DNA of 59,328 nt. It comes from Yuukianura sp. NJ FZ-2021 (taxonomy: Eukaryota). The notes under the pieces are model-generated. The model did not search any database. It was not told where the DNA came from and saw nothing but the letters and a program-made list of their open reading frames with translations. Both the position numbers and the translations under genes were made by a program. Location of the stretch: contig CM102288.1 in assembly GCA_046563655.1 (NCBI GenBank), positions 6,510,001 to 6,569,328 on the forward strand, in the 5' to 3' direction. Within the stretch, counting starts at the first letter, position 1; each line of letters opens with the position of its first letter. Positions 50,080-59,328 of the stretch are shown in pieces.

Positions 50080-53000
50080 TTTGTTTCCAAATCCTTTGCT
50101 TCTAAAATCCGCAAGTGAACGCGTGAATTGCTGAGTTAAATTTAACTTTCGCACAAGTAAAGTTGGAGATGATGAGTAATTTTAAAAGTGGCTTCTTAAG
50201 TGGAACTGAGGTGTTTTTGGAGGGGGTGAATAAGTTGAATCTCGATTTGGAAGTGACGAGGGATGACTCTGCTCCAAGCCAAACCTGTTTCAATTCTTTC
50301 CAAAGAACACAGGACTAAAAAATAAAAATGGAAGAAGTTGAATCACCCAGAAATGCAAGATCTCCAGGGTTGGTCCACTCAAAATAAAACGAGAGAGACT
50401 CAAGGGATGTGTGCTAACTGGGGAGCCCTTAAGGGGGCCCTTGTGCTGCAGTGAGGGTGAGATGCAGAGATGAACTGAAGTTGGTTGAAGTCTCCTTCGT
50501 CTTGAGTTTCCTTGGGATTGGCCCCAGGGCACAATTGCAAAGACCTAAATCTCTCCCATTCAATTTGGCACTCCAACATTCCTGTGTGCTTCCTCCTCAA
50601 GTTACATAGTCAAGTCAACCCACTCTGCAAAATAAGTAGAATCCAATCTCATAACTGCACTCTAGTTCAAACCAAAAACACAATTTCAATTACAACTTTA
50701 CAATTACAACTCATTTTACACGGAAAATGTAAAAATCCAACAACAAACGCCAAACATTTGATGCATTTGAAAATTTAAAATTCGCTAATTTCAGGATTTC
50801 AAAATGCGTCGCTTTAATTCCATCAGATTTTATCACAGTTTTTAGTCGCAACTTTTTCACTGAATATTTTAATTTATGAGTACGGTTTTTGGTTGGATGG
50901 CGTTCAAAAACTGCAAAAATCATTTCTTTTGATTTTTGCAATTTTTGAACCCCAAGGTTTGGGATAAATGATAAATTGTAAATACTAAAAGCAAAAAGGG
51001 AAATTCGGAATGTTTTTTAGCATGTTTGAGTTTAACTCCACTCAGTTTTAAAAGAAATATTTCTCTCTTAATTTCTGCTTAATTCCACTTATTAGTTTTA
51101 AAAGAAATATTTTTCACCTAATTTCTACAGTTGATTTCGAGTGAGTGGCGTTGAAATTAGGACTTGAATTTGAAATTTTTTCAGAATTTGCTTCGTTGGA
51201 GACTTGACTTTTGCAGAATTTGAATTGTTAGAGACTTGACTTTTGCAGAATTTGAGTTTGTGCAGACTTTTTAAAGTCGGAGGCGAAAGCTCGCGAAGTG
51301 TTTGTGAGTTGAGAGTGTGCCTGTTTTTGGCAAAGCGAGGCTAGGTGGAGGTGGATGGCCAAAAAACCCGGAATTCGGCCATTTCCGCCCATTCGGATGG
51401 AACTGCGATAGCAGCATGTGTTCAAACACAAACAAAACCTTCGTTTTGCAATTTACTCCACTCCCACTAACATTCAACACTTTAACTAAACAACCTTCAA
51501 CATTTCGCACTTCTTTTTAGCACTTCCAAATTCCACTTTAACCAGTGACTCTCCTCACTTCCAACCAAGTTCAATTCCTTGCAGGATTTCGCCCTTCCAT
51601 AAAATTCTGGACATAAAAAGTGCAAAAGTTGGTTTTTTCTAAGAGTTATCAACCTTAGTTAACTTAACAGTGACTTTATAAATTAAAAATAAGTGCAGTG
51701 TTATGGGAAAAGCAGACTGATGGAGAAGTGATTATCGATTTGTGGAGAAAGCACAAGGCCAGTTTCACACCGAAAAAACGAAAACACACGGTCAGTTTCA
51801 AATTCAAAACAGCATTTGTACATTGCTTTTTTTAAGTTAAGGCTTTTACTTTAGGTGTGAAGTGAGTAGAGGGGGGTTCAGAGGTCCCTGGACACTTTCC
51901 AGCTGTCAAGGCCCCCCCCCTCTATTTATCATTGGAGTATGATATCTCCATCATCCCCAAGTCCTCAAAATCCCATCAGAGTCCCTTTAAGGCCCCTTCG
52001 CAGTCCTAAGGGACCAGTGAAAGCTTTTTTTACAAACACGTTCCTCAACTTCCCAAAAAAATCTCATTTTTAGACAAAAGTTTTTTTTTTTAGGTTTTTG
52101 TAAAACACGGAGAGTAATGTAAGGGAGTAGAGAGGAAATTATTGGAGAAAGGAAAGGAGGATGTATTTTTCATGGTTTTTGAAAATTGAAAAGACGTCGG
52201 ATCCAAACAAATTCCTTCTTTCCTGGCCAAGTCTAAACTTTTGGCGATTGTAATTTATTTATATGCACAAAAATCTGATTACTCACTTTACTTTTCCTGG
52301 AAGTTGGAAAAGAACAAAGTGGTTCTTTTGTTCCACTTTTTGTTGGCTCGGAAACAGAGTCTACAGTCTGCCAAAATATTTATGAATTTCAATATCTCCT
52401 CCGACTTTCACTTTTTCCCAAATTAACTTTCTCCAAAAAACGGAAAGACACAAAGTGGAAAGTCCCTCTTTGTTGAGAATGAAAGCATAAAAGTAAATTC
52501 TAAGTGTTAGAGCCCCTCCTCCTCCAATGGCTATGCACAACACAACTTCTTGTGGAAGGAGAAAGTAATTCCGTTGAATGTGGCCCCAGGAGAGGCTTTG
52601 ATTTATGAAACTGCTGTCGATTGACCTCTCCCCTTGACCCAGTGGATTTGATGAAAATGACAAAAAGTGAAAGCTCTTTCTGTTTTTGTTTCTGACCTGG
52701 GTCATCACAGTCTCCTGAGAGAAAGTCCGATGGATTTCACTTATGGATTTATTGAAGGGCGGAGATGCATTAGATCCAAAGTCTCCTGGGAATTTCCCTC
52801 GAAAAAAACGAAAAAGTTTTTCGGAAAAAGAGTAAAAAATGAGTAAAGGGAGGAATTGAGTCCAAATCGGATCAAATGGACTTTCTCCCTTCCGTCAATT
52901 CCTCAAAAGCTTTGATTTATACGAACCCCCCCCTCTTGTGAATGGGGGGTGGGGGATGAGGGGCACAAAATTGCAAGTTAAAAAGCAATAACACAAAGAA

Positions 53001-54811
53001 AACACAAAAATTGCGTGAGAAGAATTTGTGTTGTGTAGAATTTCTTTTACTCAAAGTTCCAAGGTGTTTTCTCCCAAGTCAAAGTTTGAAATTGTCCCTT
53101 GAAGTCTCCCAAAAATGGATTTTTTTGAAAATTTGAACAAAAAAAAGTTTCTGAAATAGTATAAGTTTGGAGTGTGTTTTGTGTGTTCATAAATCATTGT
53201 TTGCTTTCTGTGCTTCAAAGGCGGAGAAAGTCCTTTTCCTGATCCCCGCAAAACCGCAATCGTGAAATATCAGCGACACGATCTCGATTTCTCTCAATTC
53301 TGCATGAAATCTGCACAGTTCAAAGGCGAGTGTTATGCAAAATGCATGAAAGTGAAAACCAAAAGGATGGAGAGTAAAAGTGGAACCTGATATGAGTAGT
53401 GAATGTGGGTTGAAGTAGACTGGCCTGTGCCTTGTTGTACTCATATATGCTTGACATGTTCAGAAGAGAAAGGACAAAATCATAAATTGTGGTTGTGGTG
53501 AAAGTGAAACATGTGGCATGTGGTTGGAACCTAATCAAGTTAGGGGCTTAAAGTCTAAAACCAAATTCACAACTTCGGTCTTCTAATTTGCTTATCCCAA
53601 GTAATCAAGACAAACTAGCTTCTGTGTCCATGAACTTTCCCTTCAATTTTCAAAAACTAAATCCTAAACAGCACAGATCCTGTTAATTTTAAATCAAATG
53701 ATGGAAAACTGTTTCCCTCATTAAATTGTTAACTCATGAAATACACAGCTTCAAAACTCTTTACCTATTTTTTCTTCTGAAAATGCAAAATTTTGATACA
53801 TTTACAGTACCCGGGTTTGTCTTCCTATTTTAACCGGCTGCATTTTATTGCATTAAATGTACTGAGGTGTACTAACATTACAATCACTTTAATTAAGTTG
53901 ATTATGCCAAAAAAACTACATATTTCACAAGCCTTACACATTAGGATCAGAGTGGAAAATCCTTCAACGTCTAGTTTCATTGAGTCAAGGTCTTTAGTAC
54001 AATCATCTACTGACAGCCATTACTTTTTCAATTACTACTTTTATATTAACTTATACTTGTATAACGTATTGTAACATAATTTTAGCACAATTTCACCCAA
54101 TGCGATGCTTAAAACCAATTATAAATATGTCAACTATAGCTTTTGGAGCAAAGCTCCCTCCATGAATTGTCGCTTTTATTTCGGGCGACATATCTCAATT
54201 TCCAAAGGTATATTCGAAAAAGTCGTAAATGATAATTTGTAGCCCAAGGGAATACCTTTCCAACGCCACCTTACATACTTCGAATATCCCTTTGGAACTC
54301 CCGGGAAAGCTCCTCAAAGTTGAGCCCGAAATTCGGTTTTTTGGCTGTAACTCCGCCATTATTCACCCGATTAAGCTGAAATTCGGAATTTAGGCATTTT
54401 TTACACTAATCTATACTTTCCAATTCAGAAAACCAAATAAAAGTTACAGAAACACCGAAATATCCGAATTTCGGTTTTTTCGGTTTTTTTCAAAATTTTA
54501 AGCCTAATTAATTTTTTTTCGGTAATTTGGGTCACCAATAGGTGTTTTGAATATAAAACGACCAAAATCTCCGAAAAAAAAAGTTTGGCCAAAAAATAAT
54601 CCATTGGCCATAACGTGCGGAGACAAAAAAAAATTCAAAATTTTTTTTTCAAAATTTTGAAAAAAATATTTTTTTTTGAGACCCCTCAAAAAAATTGTAT
54701 TTTCGTGATCAGGGGTACATAAAGTGTTTACAAAAAAAATTTGAAAAAAACGGTGCTTAGCCACGATAATAGACTTATACCAAACTCTTTTTATGGATAA
54801 AATCTTTCAGA

Positions 54812-55470
54812 AAAATTGGAATTTTTTAAGTAAAGGTGTTGTTAGACTCGGAAAAATAAAAATTTTTAAATTTTTAAAGTGAAGGTGTTGCTAGACTCGG
54901 CAAAATTGGAATTTTTTAATTTTTAAAGTAAAGGTGCTTCTACACTTGGAAAAAATGGGATTTTTAAATTTTTAAAGTAAAGGTGTTGCTGCACTCGAAA
55001 AAATTGGAATTTTTTAAATTTTTAAAGTAAAGGTATTGCTAGACTCGGAAAAATTGGGATTTTTTACTTGCTAAGCTAAAAGTGTTGCTACACTCAAGAA
55101 ATTTAGAATTTTTAAATTTTTATAGTATAGGTGTTGCTACACTCGAAAAAATTGGGAATTTTTTATTTTTCAAGTAAAAGTATTGCTACACTCAAGAAAA
55201 TTAGAATTTTTAAATTTTTAAAGTAAAGGTGTTGCTACACTCAAGAAAATTGGAATTTTTAAATTTTTAAAGTAAAGGTGTTGCTAGACTCGAAAGCATT
55301 GGGATTTTTAAAGTAAAGGTGTGGCTAAGTCGGAAAAATTGGAATTTTTAAAGTAAAGGTGGCTCTACACTTGGTAAAATGGAATTATTAAATTTTTAAA
55401 GTAAAGCTGGTTCTATACTTGGAAAAATTCGAATTTTTCAATTTTTATAGTAAAGGTGTTGCTAGACTCC
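54812..55470 (+). repeat. Diverged tandem repeat of about 49 bp, about 13 copies
   Basis: aaagtaaaggtgttgctagactcggaaaaattggaatttttaaattttt variants. Confidence 0.9.
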
Positions 55471-55871
55471 GAAAAGGAGTTCGATTTGAGACGTCACAAA
55501 CTACAGACTTGTCACCGAGTTCCTCTCCTTCAGCCTCTATTCTCACCAAACTATTGTAGCTATTAAATCCCGCAATGGAAGTTGCTACATTTTGTTTAGA
55601 AAGTCTAATAAGTCTAATTCGAACATACAAATTCTCTGCCGCTGACCTAGCACAGTTTACCAATCTAAAAATTATTTTCGAACTAAAATTTTCAAAAATT
55701 CTGGAATTGCCGCTTCCGCGGGGCAATACCACGCCCATAAATGGAAAGCATCTCAACATTGTCATCCACGGTCTATCACTACATCAGCTTTCCACGAAAT
55801 CAATTTCTGATTGGATTCAACTACAGCTGAAGTGAAAGTAACAGTTATTCGTGTACGTGCATTTGGTAAAA

Positions 55872-56507
55872 AACAGATATGGCGATAACCCCGGGAAATC
55901 GCCCGCGCAGATCTACAACAGATATGGCGATAACCCCGGGAAATCGCCCGCGCAGATCTACAACAGATATGGCGATAACCCCGGGAAATCGCCCTCGCAG
56001 ATCTCCAACGGATATGGCGATAACCCCGGGAAATCGCCCTCGCAGATTTCCAACAGATATGGCGATAACCCCGGGAAATCGCCCTCGCAGATCTACAACA
56101 GATATGGCGATAACCCCGGGAAATCGCCCTCGCAGATCTACAACAGATATGGCGATAACCCCGGGAAATCGCCCTCGCAGATCTACAACAGATATGGCGA
56201 TAACCCCGGGAAATCGCCCTCGTAGATCTACAACAGATATGGCGATAACCCCGAGAAATCGCCCTCGCAGATCTACAACAGATATGGCGATAACCCCGGG
56301 AAATCGCCCTCGCAGATCTCCAACGGATATGGCGATAACCCCGGGAAATCGCCCTCGCAGATCTCCAACAGATATGGCGATAACCCCGGGAAATCGCCGT
56401 TGCAGATCTACAACAGATATGGCGATAACCCCGGGAAATCGCCCTCGCAAATCTACAACAGATATGGCGATAACCCCGGGAAATCGCCCTCGCAGATCTA
56501 CAACAGA
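55872..56507 (+). repeat. 45-bp tandem repeat, about 14 copies
   Basis: Unit aacagatatggcgataaccccgggaaatcgccctcgcagatctac with internal inverted arms ggcgat...atcgcc. Confidence 0.97.
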
Positions 56508-57750
56508 GGTTGAGCTAACCTAATAATTCGTAACTTTTTTGTCTTACATTTTAGAACAAACATTCTTTTATATTCGTGCTTAGCACACTTGAATTAGTCT
56601 AAAAACCAATTTTGAGTCAAATCGGAGACAAAAAAAAATTCAAAATTTTTTTTCAAAATTTTGAAAAAAATATTTTTTTTTGAGACCCCTCAAAAAAATT
56701 GTATTTTCGTGATCAGGGGTACATAAAGTGTTTACAAAAAAAATTTGGAAAAAAACGATGCTTAGCCACGATAATAGACTTATACCCGGTTCCATTTTAT
56801 TGCATTAAATGTAATGAGACATTAGACTAACTTTAATTAAGTTGAGTATACCAAAAAATTACATAAATTATTAGTAATTTATCGCAGTTGGTTATACGCA
56901 GCAGCAGTGGTTTCAATTGGTAGAGCATTGTTGTGCTTCAACCGAAGAAAAGGAGGGAATCAGCTGATCCTTCTCCAGAGGTGTGGAAAAAAGTATATCC
57001 GGCGTCTTTTTTCCCCTCTGTTGTCTCCCTTCTCCGCTGCGTCTCCCTCACAACTTCCGTCGTGTCCAGCGTGTCGAGGTCTCATTTGGTCCAGTGAGTG
57101 ACATGACCCTGTCCCAAGTGACCACTGACAGAGTTTTCATTTGAGTGATTTGTGGGGTGCCAAAGTGGAGAGGACAGGGAAGGGAGTACTTGTCCAGCAA
57201 GGGGTAAGATGTCACTTTCTCTTTCCATTTCATCCGTCTCATAAAAAGTCCTTGTGGATGGTCCAACGTTCGTCGATTCCCTTTGAAGTTGAGAAGTACA
57301 CGGTAGTGGACAGGATTATTTATTTGGTGGGTCCATCAAAGATCCACTTCAGTCTTTCATCTCTCCGAATTCGCCCATGTCCTCCACGACTCTCGTCATG
57401 TCCACCCTTTGTTCCTTTGTTTTCAGAGGACACGATCAACAATACTCCGGAAATTGCTCTTTTCTTACAGTCCACTCAAACAGAAACTCCCAGCACAATC
57501 ACAACATTTCAGCTTACTAAGCTACTTCCGAGGTATACTCACATACTTTGAGATCGTTCGAAATACGTTTGCTATCTCAAGTAATCTCAATATCGAAATA
57601 GCGGTTGGAGCCTACAAAAGTTTATGATCGGTTTTTAATAAGCATTTCAAACTAAAAAGTTATAAAATAATTTAAATCCTAAGCTCATCTGACCCAAATC
57701 GTGCAAAATACAAAGCACAGTTTTTAATATCCGTTGTTTTTGTATTTCAG

Positions 57751-59030
57751 ATTTGTCCGAGGCGACGTAAGAAGTTGGAGTGCCGACTGAAAACGTAAGT
57801 ACTTTTGTTTGAACTTTTGTGAGAGTCGTTGGTCCAGTTGAATCTTTATATTTCTTTTGTTGCAGGGATTTGTTGGTGTTGTAATTCTGGTCTCGTGGCA
57901 GTTTCACTGGGAGCGATCAGCACTGGAATCGTGAGTTGTTGGTCGTAACGAAGTAAGTCCGAGGGGAGCGAGTGCTCAGTGGCTAATTCCTAAGACTGCT
58001 CAGAGGAAGCGATGAATGGGTGTCATCCATTTTTCATGTTCCAGCCTCTTTTCATTCCCTCATCTCCGCCGGAAGGGCCTCTCCAAGGCCCCACCCTCAC
58101 ATTTTAACACTTAAGGGTCCCCAAGTACCCGCACGCTCACTTCCGCCACTCGTCTCCTCCATCATGTCAAATTAACTCTCAAAACACAAGGCCAGAAATA
58201 CTTTTTAACAACCGACGCGTGTCGCAAACGACCCCCGCTAAAAACAGTCTCGCTTTTCAAACAAATCCATTGATTTCTAAAACGCTGCGCCTAAAGTTAA
58301 GGTTGAAAGTGACTTTGGATGAAGTTTATAACGTGAAAATGTCGTTTTTGGTAGTGTTTTAAGAATTAACGCTTGGGTTATGGTTAGTTATGTGTTGGTT
58401 GGGACAAGTGCAGAGTGGTAGAGTGATTAGAAGGGGGAAAGTTCAATTAAATTAGTCCAAATATTTACTCTCTCTTTCTCTCCTCATGATGAGAAATGAG
58501 AGGAAGGGGAAAGCCATCTCCCTTTTTACACTTCTAAACTACTATCGCACCAGAAAGTTAGGCTATGTTAACATAAACTAACTTTTTCACCTGCCCATGA
58601 CCTAATCCCAACAGTACTCAAACAATGACACTCTCTAAACAACTTACTACGCACTCCAGCACTTGTGAAAGTGTAGTGGTTGTTTCGGAATTAGTTTCAT
58701 GAAATATTGTTCATAATTTGTGTTTTAATTTGTGATTCGTGTGTTGGTTGCAGGGTGAAAGTGGAGGGAAAAGACAGGAGAGATGAGTTGTGTTGTGGTT
58801 TTGAATTTGTATGCGGGCGGTTGGCGGGAGGAGATGAACACGTCTGCTGATTAGTGGGGGCATGTGGACGAGAATAATGAAAAGCCAAGAGCATTTGAAG
58901 AGTGGCAAGCAGAAAGAGGCTGAATTCCTTCCAGCGTCGCTCCAGGATGAAGCTGGACAGGAAACAGAAAAGGAAATTCCAATGCTGGACAACAGAGAAA
59001 CCTTCTCCCGACCACTGCGCTACGAAGACG
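57751..59030 (+). other. Possible 5' exons of a gene continuing beyond the window
   Basis: Paired splice signals: tttcag|57751...aaac|gtaagt; ttgcag|about 57866...gaa|gtaagt; ttgcag|about 58754...gacg|gtgagc. No identifiable product. Confidence 0.35.
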
Positions 59031-59328
59031 GTGAGCATTTCTCTTTTTACTCTCCTTTTACTTTCTCTCTTTTTACTTTCTCGCTTTCCTGTTTCTGCAT
59101 TTTGACAATGTTAGAGGCTGTTTTGTAAATTGTGAAAGTAGGCAGTGTTTTGAGAGGATGAAAATAAGGCGAAGGTCGTGTGTGAAGTGAGGGGTGAAAG
59201 TTGGCTGGGGCAGGGCGACCTTGGTGCGTTGACGTCAAGAGCCAAGTCATAATCCACTCAAAATTATTCCGTGGGGCACTTGCTCCTTCCTTTACTTGTA
59301 CTTTCTTTTCACTGACTCTGAGCCAACT

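Larger units (their letters stand above)
54620..56787 (+). repeat. Direct repeats of about 165 bp (about 54620-54781 and 56623-56786) bracketing two tandem arrays; probable non-autonomous DNA element composite
   Basis: ggagacaaaaaaaaattcaaaa...gagacccctcaaaaaaattgtattttcgtgatcaggggtacataaagtg...gcttagccacgataatagacttatacc occurs twice. Confidence 0.8.

Noticed and set aside
50100..53800. Numerous 60-115 aa ORFs
   Set aside because: No domain similarity or consistent splice pattern; likely regulatory or UTR-intron sequence upstream of the ZP gene.
55845..56523. Long ORFs on both strands and a CRISPR-like look (hairpin repeat)
   Set aside because: Pure head-to-tail repeat without unique spacers; no cas genes; eukaryotic context.

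Overview
Eukaryotic genomic DNA: AT-rich, with short GT-AG introns and dense gene packing. The gene content (HLH4C/NSCL, arthropod-type CUB protein, insect-type transferrin, ZP cuticle protein) suggests an arthropod; the species cannot be named from sequence alone. Multi-exon genes in order: mitochondrial EF-Ts, NSCL/HLH4C bHLH, an orphan secreted Cys peptide, syntaxin-16, an aldo-keto reductase, an orphan secreted protein, a CUB protein, AUP1, TECPR1 with a galectin domain, a TMC channel, COA7, a Ly6/three-finger protein, a bilobal transferrin and a ZP-domain protein. Most notable non-genic findings: (1) a non-autonomous Transib/RAG-type element at 5735-7210 with CACAGTG ends, a 5-bp TSD supported by an empty-site paralog in the window, and bipartite ends whose spacers differ by 11 bp (RSS-like), with an 8-bp-TSD MITE nested inside; (2) an intact ORF1-only non-LTR retroelement at 23956-26013 inside a 56-bp satellite; (3) duplicated relics of the AUP1 and TECPR1 5' ends; (4) two related 45-bp arrays; (5) frequent AAG/GAG splice acceptors. 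Exon boundaries were read by eye and no database search was run.
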